Assembly (NCBI GenBank): GCA_965232515.1
Contig: CBDDPY010000002.1
Span: 7,200,001 to 7,264,000 of the forward strand
DNA: 64,000 nt
Source of the DNA: Alphaproteobacteria bacterium
Lineage (GTDB): Bacteria > Pseudomonadota > Alphaproteobacteria > GCA-2731375
Direction of reading: 5' to 3'
Shown: in pieces, positions 19,164 to 29,134 of the stretch
How positions within the stretch are numbered: position 1 is the stretch's first letter
Layout of the letters: each line of letters starts with the position of its first letter
Made by a program: the position numbers and the translations under genes
The notes under the pieces: model-generated
Databases searched by the model: none
Told to the model about the DNA's origin: nothing
The model's input: the letters and a program-made list of their open reading frames with translations, nothing else

Positions 19164-20564
19164 ATGACGATAACAGTGCGACGACAGAGGCGACCGCAGC
19201 GCACCTGCCTACGCGGTGTCGACGGCGACGGTCGTTTTCGGCTCTTGGCCGCATGCGGCATTGTTCTGTTGACGTCGGTGTTCGCCGTATCGCCGGCCGC
19301 CGCTCAGAGCCTGGAAGACGTGATCCGCCAGAACGACGCGCTCCGGCAGCAGAACGAGCAGTTGATGCGGCAAAACCAACAGCTCATCAACATGATCCAG
19401 CAGAATGCCGACCGCTTGAATCGGCTGGAGGCCCAGCAGGCGCAGCAGCAGGCGACGATTGGAAAGATCGAACAGCTCGAAAGCAAGCAACAGGAGCTGG
19501 CCGCGAAGACGGCCGCGGATAGTTCGAACAGGCGGGCCGTGAGCTCAGGCAACGATAAGGTCAAGCTGACGCTGTCGGGCCAGGTAAACCGCGGCGTGCT
19601 GTATGTCGACAACGGGGATTCAGAAGAGTTCTTCCATGTCGACAACGACAACTCGTCGACCCGGGTGCGCTTCATCGGCGAGGCGCCGCTCGACGATGAA
19701 TTCAAGGTCGGCACCCAGATCGAGGTGCAGTTCGAGTCCAACTCGACGGCGGCCATCCGGATCGATCAGGACAGCCCGGCCGGTCCCAACAGCTTCACCG
19801 AGCGCAAGCTGGAGCTCTACGCCGACAGCAAGACCTTCGGCCGGCTCTGGGTCGGGCAGGGCGATACCGCGTCGAACGGGACGTCGGAGCAGGACATCTC
19901 CGGTACCGGCGTGATCGCCTATTCCGGCGTCGCGGACTATGCCGGCGGCATCGCCTTCTTCGACGACCGGACGCAAAGCCTGGGGCCGCGCATCAATCAG
20001 GCCTTCAGCAACTTTGACGGCCTCAGCCGCGACGATCGGCTGCGCTACGACACGCCGAAGTTCGGCGGTTTTTTCGCCTCGACCTCGGCTGTCGATGGCG
20101 GCTCGTGGGACGTCGCCGGGCGCTTTGCCGGCGAGATCGAGGGGACGCGGATCGTCGCCGCGGCCAGCTATGCCAACGCCAGCTCGCGGCAGGGCTTCGA
20201 GCAGGTGAGCGGCTCGGCCTCGGTGTTGTTCCCCAATGGTATCAGCGTGACCGGCGCCATCGGCGAACGTGAGATCGACGGCCGCAACAGTGGCGACGAT
20301 CCGGTGTTCTACTACGCCAAGCTCGGCTACACGTTCAATCCGTTGTCATTCGGCGCGACGTCGGTCGCCATTGACTACACGGCGGTCGACGATCTGGCGC
20401 AAGACGGCGATGAGTTCGCGGCTTACGGCGCGTTCCTGGTGCAGAACTTCGACAAGATCGGCACCGAGTTCTATGCCGGCGTCCGCAACCACGAGCTCGA
20501 CCGCGCTGACGCCGACTTCGACGATATCTTCGCGGCGCTGACCGGCGCCCGCGTCAAGTTCTAG
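19164..20564 (+). CDS. Outer-membrane porin with N-terminal coiled coil
   Basis: Signal peptide ending AAA-Q, Gln-rich heptad segment, then LTLSGQVNR, FGRLWVGQG, RLRYDTPKFGGF and terminal GARVKF. Confidence 0.85.
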   Translation: MTITVRRQRRPQRTCLRGVDGDGRFRLLAACGIVLLTSVFAVSPAAAQSLEDVIRQNDALRQQNEQLMRQNQQLINMIQQNADRLNRLEAQQAQQQATIGKIEQLESKQQELAAKTAADSSNRRAVSSGNDKVKLTLSGQVNRGVLYVDNGDSEEFFHVDNDNSSTRVRFIGEAPLDDEFKVGTQIEVQFESNSTAAIRIDQDSPAGPNSFTERKLELYADSKTFGRLWVGQGDTASNGTSEQDISGTGVIAYSGVADYAGGIAFFDDRTQSLGPRINQAFSNFDGLSRDDRLRYDTPKFGGFFASTSAVDGGSWDVAGRFAGEIEGTRIVAAASYANASSRQGFEQVSGSASVLFPNGISVTGAIGEREIDGRNSGDDPVFYYAKLGYTFNPLSFGATSVAIDYTAVDDLAQDGDEFAAYGAFLVQNFDKIGTEFYAGVRNHELDRADADFDDIFAALTGARVKF

Positions 20565-20570
20565 CGGTCG

Positions 20571-20630
20571 CGACGGACGACGGATGGCAGGAGCCGACGG
20601 GAACCGGGTTTCTGCATCCGTCGCCCGTCG
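20571..20630. terminator. Imperfect inverted repeat between convergent porin and chaN genes
   Basis: CGACGGACGACGGATGGCAG pairs with CTGCATCCGTCGCCCGTCG. No U-tract, so terminator function is uncertain. Confidence 0.4.
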
Positions 20631-20638
20631 GCCGTGCC

Positions 20639-21451
20639 CTAAAGAACGCAAGCCAGGTCGCCGAGATCCGTCGGGAACGACGGCATCGGCGCGGTCAGGT
20701 CGTGCGGCAGGGCGACGGCGACGTCGTCGATGCCGAGATCGGCAAGCTGATAGGGCGTGCCGTGGCGGTGTTCGAGGTGCCCGCGGCCGATAATGCCGAC
20801 CAGCAGGGGCGCCACCGGCTGCCGCAGCGCGGGCAGCAGGTTGCAGGCGAAGGCGCGGTCCCAGACCTGCTGGGCGCGCACGAAGCGGTCGAACGATGGA
20901 TCGTCCGGCCCCTTTGCCTGGCGCTCCCGAAAGCCGCCGCCGGTGATGTCGAACAGGTAGCGGCGATAGGCCGGTGTCGCCGGGCGGGCCGGGGTCAGGC
21001 CATCGCGTTCCGCCTCGGGCACGGCGTCCCAGCCTTCCTTGCCGATGCGGGTGACCAGCGGCCGCTCGCAGTTCAGGGCCAGCATCGGGACTTTGTAGGC
21101 ATGGCAGAAGTGGAACAGCGGCAGGTATAGCGCCGGATCGAAGCGCCAGACCTCATGCCATTCCGATTGTTCGAGAAAATCTTCGACCGACAGCTTGCCG
21201 TCGACCCATTGGTCCAGCACCGGCTGTACCCGACGGGGAAACATTTCGAAGCCAAGCGCGATGTTGCCGTGTGCCGCCAGCAAGCCGGCGCTGACATGGA
21301 GCTGCCAGCGGTGGATATCGGCCCGGTCATGGGCTTCGCCAAGGCAGACCACGCGCGATCGGGCCAGCCGCGCGATCGCGAACCGCTGGTCGAGCGGTTC
21401 GCCGTTGGCCAGGTCGATCCAGGTGCCTCGGTCTAACATCCGGTCTGGCAT
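20639..21451 (-). CDS. ChaN/PhuW family heme-associated protein (EreA/ChaN fold)
   Basis: LGEAHD, LGFEMF, YLPLF, AQQVWDRAFA and IIGRGH. Start at 21451 or 21439. Confidence 0.85.
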   Translation of the reverse strand: MPDRMLDRGTWIDLANGEPLDQRFAIARLARSRVVCLGEAHDRADIHRWQLHVSAGLLAAHGNIALGFEMFPRRVQPVLDQWVDGKLSVEDFLEQSEWHEVWRFDPALYLPLFHFCHAYKVPMLALNCERPLVTRIGKEGWDAVPEAERDGLTPARPATPAYRRYLFDITGGGFRERQAKGPDDPSFDRFVRAQQVWDRAFACNLLPALRQPVAPLLVGIIGRGHLEHRHGTPYQLADLGIDDVAVALPHDLTAPMPSFPTDLGDLACVL

Positions 21452-21485
21452 GCGGCGTCTCGTGCGTTCGGCGGGGTCGGCGGCA

Positions 21486-23297
21486 TCATGGCGTCCGACA
21501 CCACCAGAAATCGGTCGCGCTGCCATATCCCGGCGCCTCGGGCAGCGGTACGACTTTGTCGGTCCGGTAGGCATAGCGGCGGTGGCGGCTTTGGAAACCG
21601 GGCACGGCGTAGTGGCCCCACTGCAGGGCGCGGTCGAGCAGACGCGCGGCGCGGACGCGGGCAGCATGGTCCGGCGCCGTCACCAGGGCGGTGAGAAAGT
21701 GGTCGACTGCCGGATTGTCGATCCCCAGCTTGTTGCCGCCGTCGGGGTGGACGTCGGCGCTGCCCCATAGCCTCAGTTGCTCGCGACCCGGAATCTGCGC
21801 CGGGATGTAGAAGCGGTAGACGACCTCGAAATCGCCGTCGGCAAGCCGGCTCTGATAGCTGGCCGGGTCGGCGATCCGCAGGCGGGCCTCGATGCCAAGC
21901 CGTCGTAATTGTTCCGCCCAGGCGCCGAACAGCACCTCCTGACTGTCCGAAAACGCCAAGGCGGAGAAGTCCATGCGGCGCCCGTCCCGCAACCGCCGCA
22001 GCTTTGTCGTCGCCGGGTCGGCTTCCCAGCCGGCCTGTTTCAACAGAGCGGCGGCGGCGCGGAGCTGCCGCCGGGCGCCGTCGGGCAGATCCGCATCGGC
22101 CGGCGCGAAGGCGTCGTCGTAGGCTTCCGGCGGGAACGATTGCGGAAAACGCCGCATGACCGACCGCTCGATCGCGTCCGGCGGCTCGCTGGCGGCATAG
22201 ACGCTGTTTTCGAAATAGCTCGCCGTGCGTTTGAAGCCGCCCATCAGCATGGTCCGGTTGACCCATTCGAACGGCATCAGCATTGAAAGCGCCTGTCGCA
22301 CCCGGACATCGGCGAACCGGTCGTCGCGCAAGTTGAAGAAGAATCCGTTCATGCCCATCGGCCACCAGGCATCGTAGGCGACCGTCGCGATTCCGCCGTT
22401 GCTGTCCGACACCTGATCGGCGGCCGTCGCCCAGCGCCGCAGATCGGCAATCTCATAGATATCGGTGTCGCCCTTCAGGAAGGCGACGAGTTCCGTGGTG
22501 GTGTCGAGATAGACCTCGAAGGCGACACGCTCGAAATTGTGCGCGCCGCGTCGTGTCGGCAGATCGTCGGCCCAGTAGTCGGCGACCCGCTGCCAGACCA
22601 TCCGGCGTTGCGGTTCGACCTCGACGATGCGGTAGGGGCCGGAGCCGAGAGGCGGGTCGAGCGTGGTGGCGGCGAAGTCACGCTCGCGCCAATGGTGTTC
22701 CGGCAGGATCGGCATGCCGCCAAACGCCAGCAGCGCGACGCCGTCGACGGGTTCCTGGAAGGCGATCCTTACCGTTCGGTCATCGGGCGCGGTGACCTCG
22801 GCATGTCGCAGCAACGCACGCCAGAACGGTCGCGCGTGTTCGCGGAACAGCGCCGCGGTGAACACCACATCCGCCGATGTGATCGGCCGCCCATCGTGAA
22901 ACCGGGCCTCGCGGCGAAGCGCAAATGTGGCGGACTGGCGATCCTCCGCGGCGTCGATGCTGGCGGCGACCAGGCCATAACCGGTCATGGGTTCGGACGG
23001 CGATTCCGTCAGCAAGCTGTCGTAGAGCCAGTAGTAGACGCTGAGCGGCGATCGTCCCTTGAGGATCCAGGGGTTCAGCGAGTCGAAGCCACGCCGCAAC
23101 GACATCCGAAGCGTGCAGCCGCGCGGCGCGTCGGCGTTAGCGAAGGCGTAATGGGCGGCGTCGGGTCCGTAGCGCGGTTGGCCACCATCGGCGACGTAGG
23201 CGTGGCGTGGCGATGCCGTCGACGATACCGGCGCGGCCATCGCCGCAAGCGCCAGGGTCAGCCAAGCGCTCTGCACGAGGGATCTGTTCCAAAACAT
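21486..23297 (-). CDS. Family 5 ABC substrate-binding protein (YejA/OppA-like)
   Basis: Signal peptide; FDSLNPWILKG, ARFHDGRPITSADVVFT, PLGSGPY, FFFNLRDDRFADVRVRQAL and LLDRAL. Confidence 0.9.
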   Translation of the reverse strand: MFWNRSLVQSAWLTLALAAMAAPVSSTASPRHAYVADGGQPRYGPDAAHYAFANADAPRGCTLRMSLRRGFDSLNPWILKGRSPLSVYYWLYDSLLTESPSEPMTGYGLVAASIDAAEDRQSATFALRREARFHDGRPITSADVVFTAALFREHARPFWRALLRHAEVTAPDDRTVRIAFQEPVDGVALLAFGGMPILPEHHWRERDFAATTLDPPLGSGPYRIVEVEPQRRMVWQRVADYWADDLPTRRGAHNFERVAFEVYLDTTTELVAFLKGDTDIYEIADLRRWATAADQVSDSNGGIATVAYDAWWPMGMNGFFFNLRDDRFADVRVRQALSMLMPFEWVNRTMLMGGFKRTASYFENSVYAASEPPDAIERSVMRRFPQSFPPEAYDDAFAPADADLPDGARRQLRAAAALLKQAGWEADPATTKLRRLRDGRRMDFSALAFSDSQEVLFGAWAEQLRRLGIEARLRIADPASYQSRLADGDFEVVYRFYIPAQIPGREQLRLWGSADVHPDGGNKLGIDNPAVDHFLTALVTAPDHAARVRAARLLDRALQWGHYAVPGFQSRHRRYAYRTDKVVPLPEAPGYGSATDFWWCRTP

Positions 23298-23330
23298 GCG
23301 GCAAGTCTATGGCGTCACTCTCGCTGTGTA

Positions 23331-23402
23331 AATGCGATTGACTCGCATTCGCATAATCAGCAAAGATCGCTTCCGAAACTAATAATAAGAATCATTCGCA
23401 TT
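23331..23402. promoter_or_regulatory. Two Fur-like iron boxes in a divergent promoter
   Basis: AATGCGA-TTGAC-TCGCATT (23331-23349, 19-bp inverted repeat) and AATAAGAATCATTCGCATT (23384-23402), in an AT-rich island between the binding protein and TonB receptor genes. Confidence 0.65.
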
Positions 23403-23478
23403 TTAATTCTCATCGCAGCCTCCCGGGTGGAGAGGCGGTGAGAAGGGGCGTGTTCGGGTAAGAAGAGGGGGATCTGAC

Positions 23479-25797
23479 GTGACATTGCACTTACCGCGCC
23501 TGGCGGGGCGGATATGCCTGATCGGTTTGACCGCAATCGGCATGATTAATTCGGCGGTGGCACAATCGTCGGCCGACAACGAGGCGGACGCGGAAGCGAA
23601 GGCCGATGTCGTGGTCTTGCCGCCGATCACGGTTACCGCGACCCGCCGCGAGAAGACGCTGTTCGAGACGCCGTCGAACGTGACCGCCGTGACCGGCGAA
23701 GAGCTCGAGCGCCGAATGGACAACACGGTCGAGGAATTGTTCCGCTACGAGCCGGGTATCGAGGTGCCGCGGCAATCGAGCGGAACCGATCCGTTCAACA
23801 GTTCGGGCGGCATTCAGATCCGCGGTGTCGGCGGCAATCGGACGCAAGTGTTGGTCGACGGCAATCGCACGATCGAGCGCATTACGGATTCGACCCGCGA
23901 CGTGGTCGACGCCAACGCCGTGAAGCAGGTCGAGATCGTGCGCGGGCCGGGATCGGTGCTGTGGGGCAGCGACGCGCTGGGCGGCGTCGTCAACTTCATC
24001 ACCAAGGACCCCGACGACTACCTGCTGAGCGACCGCAACTGGGCCGTCGAAGGCAGCGCCAGCTATGCGACCGTGGATGACGCTTTCATCGAGACCGTCG
24101 CCGGCGCCTATCGCTTCAATGACGCCTTTGCCGCGTCGCTGAGCTACACCCGGCGCGACGCCGGGGAGATCGACCTGTCCAATGCCCGGACCGGCGACGA
24201 TGCCATTCAGCCCTGTCCGCGCAATCCGGAAGCCACCCAATGCGATGAGTTCGATCCGACGGATATCGACTCGAACAATGTCCTGGGCAAGCTGGTCTGG
24301 GATGTGTCGCCCGACAACCGACTGCGTTTCACGGGCGAGTTTTTCGACCGCATCACGGATGTCGATCAAAACTCCGTTCTGGGCCCGTCGACGAACTTCC
24401 TCGGCATCGTCACCTCCGACATCGAGAGCTTCGAGCGTGAACAGGAGATCCGCCGATGGCGGGCGTCGATCGATCAGGATTGGGACATCGGTTTAAGATT
24501 GGTCGACAATGTTAAGTGGCAACTCACTTATTCGCCGCAGGAGGTGAACCGGTCGGGTGATCGCTTGCGCACGCTGGTGCCCAGCGGCGAGGATGAGCGG
24601 CGGCGCGACTCGCTGGACTATTCGGAAGATTTCTACGAGGCCGACATCCAGTTGATCTCTTCGTTCGATGTCATCGGCAGCCGGCACACGCTGACCTATG
24701 GCTTCGACGGCGACTATCAAGAGACGGACTACGAGCGGGTCGATGTGACCACCAACCTCACTACCGGCGTCACGACCACGGCACGCGCCGGCGGATTCAA
24801 TTTCGCCAATGCGACGACACGCCGTGCCGACGCCTATCTGCAGGACGAGATCGAGCTGTTCAACGGCCGTCTGCTTCTGGTGCCGGGCGCGCGTCTCGCC
24901 TACTACAAGATCGAGCCGGACCCGGACGCCGATTACGAGATCGTGCCGGGAGCCGAGCCGCGCGACATCTCGGAAACCGACCTCCAGTTCAAATTCGGCG
25001 CCGTGGTTGACGTCTGGGGGCCGATCTCGGTCTATGGCCAATACGCCGAGGGCTTTAAGATGCCGACCGCCCAGCAGTTGTTCCAATCGCTGGACAGCCT
25101 GCCGTTCTTCGCCCTGGTGCCGAACGCGAACCTGGAGCCGGAAAGCGTGGAGAGCTACGAGGCGGGCGTGCGCGGCGACTTCGGCGGCCGCGGCTTCTTC
25201 TCGGTGAATGGCTTCTTCGCCGACTACACCGATTTCATTCGAAATTTCGTCGAGGTCGACGACCCGACGGTGTTCGGACTGCCGGCGACGGCACAGACAC
25301 TGACTTACGACAATGTCGACAAGGTCGAGGTCTATGGCATCGAGGTCGCCGGCGGTTGGCGGTTCAACGAACGCTTTTCGGTCCGTGCCGCCGCATCGCA
25401 TCAATGGGGCGAGGAGGAGAACGACGGCGCCGAGAGCGAGTTCAACGGCGCTTTGCCGCTCGGCGCCGTGGTCGGGCTGCGCTGGGATGAACGGCGCTAT
25501 GGCTTGAGCGTCGAGTTCGTCGGCAATTTCCAGATGGATGCCAACGACGTGGATGATCCGGAAACCGAGTTCCAGCCCGACGGCTATGCCGTCTTCGACA
25601 TCATTGCCGAGTGGGAGATCCATCCAAACGCGATCTTGCGCGGCGCCGTCTACAACCTGTTCGACAAGCGCTATTTCGGTCCGGAGACCGTCGGCCATCC
25701 GATAAACCGCACCGACGACATCTTGCGCACCAACCCGGTCGAGCTGCAGAGCGCGCCCGGCATCAACGCCAAGGTCGGCCTGTCGCTGCGGTGGTGA
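23479..25797 (+). CDS. TonB-dependent receptor, heme/hemoglobin-receptor type
   Basis: GTG start after GAGGGGG; signal peptide; TonB box ITVTATR; plug motif EIVRGPGSVLWGSDALGGVVNF; FKMP...NANLEPE (FRAP/NPNL-like); terminal aromatic W. Confidence 0.9.
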   Translation: MTLHLPRLAGRICLIGLTAIGMINSAVAQSSADNEADAEAKADVVVLPPITVTATRREKTLFETPSNVTAVTGEELERRMDNTVEELFRYEPGIEVPRQSSGTDPFNSSGGIQIRGVGGNRTQVLVDGNRTIERITDSTRDVVDANAVKQVEIVRGPGSVLWGSDALGGVVNFITKDPDDYLLSDRNWAVEGSASYATVDDAFIETVAGAYRFNDAFAASLSYTRRDAGEIDLSNARTGDDAIQPCPRNPEATQCDEFDPTDIDSNNVLGKLVWDVSPDNRLRFTGEFFDRITDVDQNSVLGPSTNFLGIVTSDIESFEREQEIRRWRASIDQDWDIGLRLVDNVKWQLTYSPQEVNRSGDRLRTLVPSGEDERRRDSLDYSEDFYEADIQLISSFDVIGSRHTLTYGFDGDYQETDYERVDVTTNLTTGVTTTARAGGFNFANATTRRADAYLQDEIELFNGRLLLVPGARLAYYKIEPDPDADYEIVPGAEPRDISETDLQFKFGAVVDVWGPISVYGQYAEGFKMPTAQQLFQSLDSLPFFALVPNANLEPESVESYEAGVRGDFGGRGFFSVNGFFADYTDFIRNFVEVDDPTVFGLPATAQTLTYDNVDKVEVYGIEVAGGWRFNERFSVRAAASHQWGEEENDGAESEFNGALPLGAVVGLRWDERRYGLSVEFVGNFQMDANDVDDPETEFQPDGYAVFDIIAEWEIHPNAILRGAVYNLFDKRYFGPETVGHPINRTDDILRTNPVELQSAPGINAKVGLSLRW

Positions 25798-25828
25798 CCG
25801 GCGGCCCTGGCGATACTATGTTTGTCGC

Positions 25829-26314
25829 ATGCGCGTTCTGGTCGTCATCTGCTGTCTCGCCGTTGGCCTCTGGGCTGCGACGGCGCGCGCCGCCGTCGAC
25901 GTCGTTTTCGTGCTGCCGGAGCAGTATCTCGATGCCGGTCTGTTCGACCGATTGCGGCGCGCCGATAGGGACATCACTCTTGATCGGCTTCGTCGACATC
26001 TTGAAGCCCTCGGTGCACGCGACCTGACGCCAACACAGACGCTGACCATCGAGGTGCTGGACATCGACCTGGCCGGCGAACTGCGGTGGTGGGGCGCCGG
26101 CGAGGTACGGGTGCTGCGTTCGATCAACTGGCCCAGGATCAAGCTGAGATACACGTTGGTGCGGGATAACGAGGTCGTTCTCCGCGGCGAAGAGCTGGTA
26201 TCCGACCGTGCGTATCTGATGCGGCCGTCGCTGCGACGTTCGCGCGATCCATTGCGCTACGAGAAAGCGATGCTGGACGACTGGTTCCGCCGCCGCTTCA
26301 ACACCGCCGGCTAG
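25829..26314 (+). CDS. DUF3016 family exported protein
   Basis: Signal peptide; DIDLAGE, WPRIKLRYTL and YEKAMLDDWF. Confidence 0.8.
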   Translation: MRVLVVICCLAVGLWAATARAAVDVVFVLPEQYLDAGLFDRLRRADRDITLDRLRRHLEALGARDLTPTQTLTIEVLDIDLAGELRWWGAGEVRVLRSINWPRIKLRYTLVRDNEVVLRGEELVSDRAYLMRPSLRRSRDPLRYEKAMLDDWFRRRFNTAG

Positions 26315-26319
26315 CCAAG

Positions 26320-26360
26320 AAAAAAGCCCCCGGCCGATGCCGGCCGGGGGCGGTTGTTTT
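26320..26360. terminator. Bidirectional intrinsic terminator
   Basis: AAAAAA-GCCCCCGGCCG-ATGC-CGGCCGGGGGC-GGTTGTTTT: 11-bp stem flanked by A and T tracts, between convergent genes. Confidence 0.85.
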
Positions 26361-26384
26361 CAGTAATCGAACGCGATTGCCGCG

Positions 26385-28679
26385 TCAGGCCTTTTTCAGG
26401 TCCTCCGGCGTCACCGGCAGGTGCCGGATCCGCTTGCCGGTCGCGTTATAGATCGCGTTGATGAGCGCCGGCGCATAGGGCGGCACGCCCGGCTCGCCGA
26501 CGCCGCAAGGCTTCAGATCGACGAAGTCCTCGACGATATGCACCCGGACGTCCAGCGGCGCGTTCGCCATCCGGGTGACCGGATAGTCGTGGAAGTTGCT
26601 CTGATCGACCGCGCCGTTCGTCGTGGTGATCTTGCCCGCCCGCGCGACGGAGTTGCCGTAGACGGCCGCTCCCTCGATCTGCTTGCGGATGCCTTCCGGG
26701 TTGACGTAGCGGCCGCAATCGACGGCCATGTCGACCTGCGGGATGTGCAGGGTGCCGTCGTCACGGACCACCACGTGCACCGCCGCGGCCACGTAGCTGT
26801 GGAACGACCGGTGCACGGCAAGGCCCAGGCCGTGGCCCTTGGGCAGCGACTTGCCGTAGCCGGATTTCTCAGCCGCCACACGCAACGTGTTCGACAGCCG
26901 GTTCGGCATGATCGGCCAGTCCTCGATGGAGTCGCCGTAGTTCCAGTACTCCTTGACACCGTCCTTGGCGAGATCCATCTCCTCCTCGTCGCCGATCATC
27001 TCGAGCATGACCTCGAGCGGATCGCGGCCGGCCGCTTCCGCCACTTCCCACGCGAAGCAGTTCTGCGCGAAGGCGTGCTGGATGTTGTTCACCGACCGGT
27101 ACCAGCCGACGCGGATCATGACGTCGGCTTCGCCGTTCTCGATGCGCATGTTCGGCACTTCGTGATACGGCGTATCGATCAGGCCGAGGCCGTACTCGAT
27201 CCCGAAACCGGTCTTCTGCGCCGGATTCCACAGACCCAGGATCGACGGCCAGGCGCCGCAATGGTGCCATGCCGTAACCTTGCCCGAGGCATCGATGCCG
27301 GCTTTCATGCAGTGGGCGCTGGCGGTGTGGTAATAGCCGTTCTGGATCTCGTCCTCACGGGTCCACTGCACGCGCACCGGCGCGCCGACCATCTTCGACA
27401 GGATCGCCGCTTCGCAGGCAAAGTCCGGCTTGGACTTGCGGCCGAAACCGCCGCCCAACAGGGTGACCTGACACTCGACTTCCGCCTTATCGATGCCGAG
27501 CGCCTCGCCGACATATTGCCGGGTCTCGTTCGGCGACTGGGTCGAGGTCCAGATCTGCACCGGCCTGACATTGGCGTCGACGATCGCGGCCGGCGGCTCC
27601 ATCGGCGTGTGGATGAAGTAGGGCACGAAGTAATCGGCCTCGACCACCTTGGCCGCCGCCTTCAGCGCCGTGTCGACCTGACCGCGTTCGCGGATCACAT
27701 GGCCGCCGTCCTTCGCCGATTGTCGCAGCTTGTCGTCATAGGTGCTGGAATCGTGCGCCGCGTTGGGGCCGGGATCCCATTCGATCTCGAGCGCCCGACG
27801 GCCTTCCAACACCGACCAGGTGTTGGTGCCGACCACGGCGACGCCGCCCAAAGCCCGGAACTCGGCCGCCTTGTCGTCGGCCAGCGCCGGGATCTCGACG
27901 ACCTGCTCGACGCCCTGGATCTTCAGGGCCTCGGTGGCGTCAAACGACTTCACCTTGCCGCGATAGACGGGCGACCGGGCGATCACGGCGATCTTCATGC
28001 CGGGGATCGAGATATCGGCGCCGTAGTTCGCGCCGCCGGTCGAGATGTCGTAGTTGTCGATATTCGGCAGGTCCTTGCCGATGTACTTCCACTGCGACTT
28101 GTCCTTGAGCCGCGGCTTCGGCGCCGCTTCGCCGGAGGGAATGTTGATCTCGGCCGCGACATCGACGACTTCGCCGAAATCGAACGAGTTGCCCGTTCCG
28201 GTGTGATAGATCCGGTGGTCCTTGGCGTAGACCTCGCTCGGATCGACGCCCCATTTCTTCGCCGCCGCCTGTTCCAGGACATAGCGGCCGGCCGCGCCGA
28301 TCTCGCGCATGACGTCGAAGTGATGACGCGTACTGCGCGAGCCGTCGGTGTTCTGACCGTCCTTGCCGGCGGGATCGTACTTCTCCGGGTTGCCCGGCGC
28401 CTGCCAGATCTTCACCCGGTTCCAGTCGGCTTCCAGCTCGTCCGCCAGCATCATCGGGATGCCCGTGCGCACGCCCTGGCCCATTTCGGACCGGCTGCAG
28501 GTCAGCGTGACGATGCCCGAGGCATCGATTCGGATGAAGACGTTCGGCTGCACCGACGTCGCCGCCAGCGCGCTGCCGATCAGCGAGCCTGGCGCCATCT
28601 TCGCGCCCAGCACCAGGGCAGTGGTCGCGCCGGCGCCTTTCAGGACGTTCCGACGGCTGAGATTTTCGATCATCGACAT
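26385..28679 (-). CDS. Xanthine-dehydrogenase-family molybdopterin subunit (IorB-like), Tat signal
   Basis: SRRNVLK twin-arginine motif; RSEMGQG, HTPMEP, LLGGGFGRK, WYRSV and GVGEPG. Start ATG 28679. Confidence 0.92.
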   Translation of the reverse strand: MSMIENLSRRNVLKGAGATTALVLGAKMAPGSLIGSALAATSVQPNVFIRIDASGIVTLTCSRSEMGQGVRTGIPMMLADELEADWNRVKIWQAPGNPEKYDPAGKDGQNTDGSRSTRHHFDVMREIGAAGRYVLEQAAAKKWGVDPSEVYAKDHRIYHTGTGNSFDFGEVVDVAAEINIPSGEAAPKPRLKDKSQWKYIGKDLPNIDNYDISTGGANYGADISIPGMKIAVIARSPVYRGKVKSFDATEALKIQGVEQVVEIPALADDKAAEFRALGGVAVVGTNTWSVLEGRRALEIEWDPGPNAAHDSSTYDDKLRQSAKDGGHVIRERGQVDTALKAAAKVVEADYFVPYFIHTPMEPPAAIVDANVRPVQIWTSTQSPNETRQYVGEALGIDKAEVECQVTLLGGGFGRKSKPDFACEAAILSKMVGAPVRVQWTREDEIQNGYYHTASAHCMKAGIDASGKVTAWHHCGAWPSILGLWNPAQKTGFGIEYGLGLIDTPYHEVPNMRIENGEADVMIRVGWYRSVNNIQHAFAQNCFAWEVAEAAGRDPLEVMLEMIGDEEEMDLAKDGVKEYWNYGDSIEDWPIMPNRLSNTLRVAAEKSGYGKSLPKGHGLGLAVHRSFHSYVAAAVHVVVRDDGTLHIPQVDMAVDCGRYVNPEGIRKQIEGAAVYGNSVARAGKITTTNGAVDQSNFHDYPVTRMANAPLDVRVHIVEDFVDLKPCGVGEPGVPPYAPALINAIYNATGKRIRHLPVTPEDLKKA

Positions 28680-28681
28680 GG

Positions 28682-29134
28682 TCACACCTCCTGCGCGGCT
28701 TCGCGGACCGCCGCAAAGATGCGCTGATAGGTGCCGCAGCGGCAGATGTTGCCGTCCATGCCCTCGACGATCTGCTGATCCGTCGGGTCCGGATTCTCGT
28801 TCAGCAAGGCCGCGGCCTGCATGATTTGGCCGGACTGGCAATAGCCGCATTGCGGCACGTTCACGTTCCGCCAGGCGCGCTGCACCGGATGATTGCCCTC
28901 GGGGTCAAGGCCCTCGATGGTCGTGACCTCTTTGCCCTCGGCTTCGGACACGGCCGTAATGCAGCCGCGCACGGCTTCGCCGTCCACATGCATGGTGCAG
29001 GCGCCGCAAAGACCGGTGCCGCAACCGAATTTGCTGCCGGTCAGCTTCAGTTCGTCGCGGATGAACCAAAGCAGGGGCATCTCCGGATCGCCATTGAACT
29101 GGCGAACCACACCGTTTACCCGTAATTGAATCAT
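28682..29134 (-). CDS. 2x[2Fe-2S] subunit (IorA-like)
   Basis: [11 protein letters not shown]...[10 protein letters not shown] and [17 protein letters not shown] before ATG 29134. Confidence 0.95.
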   Translation of the reverse strand: MIQLRVNGVVRQFNGDPEMPLLWFIRDELKLTGSKFGCGTGLCGACTMHVDGEAVRGCITAVSEAEGKEVTTIEGLDPEGNHPVQRAWRNVNVPQCGYCQSGQIMQAAALLNENPDPTDQQIVEGMDGNICRCGTYQRIFAAVREAAQEV

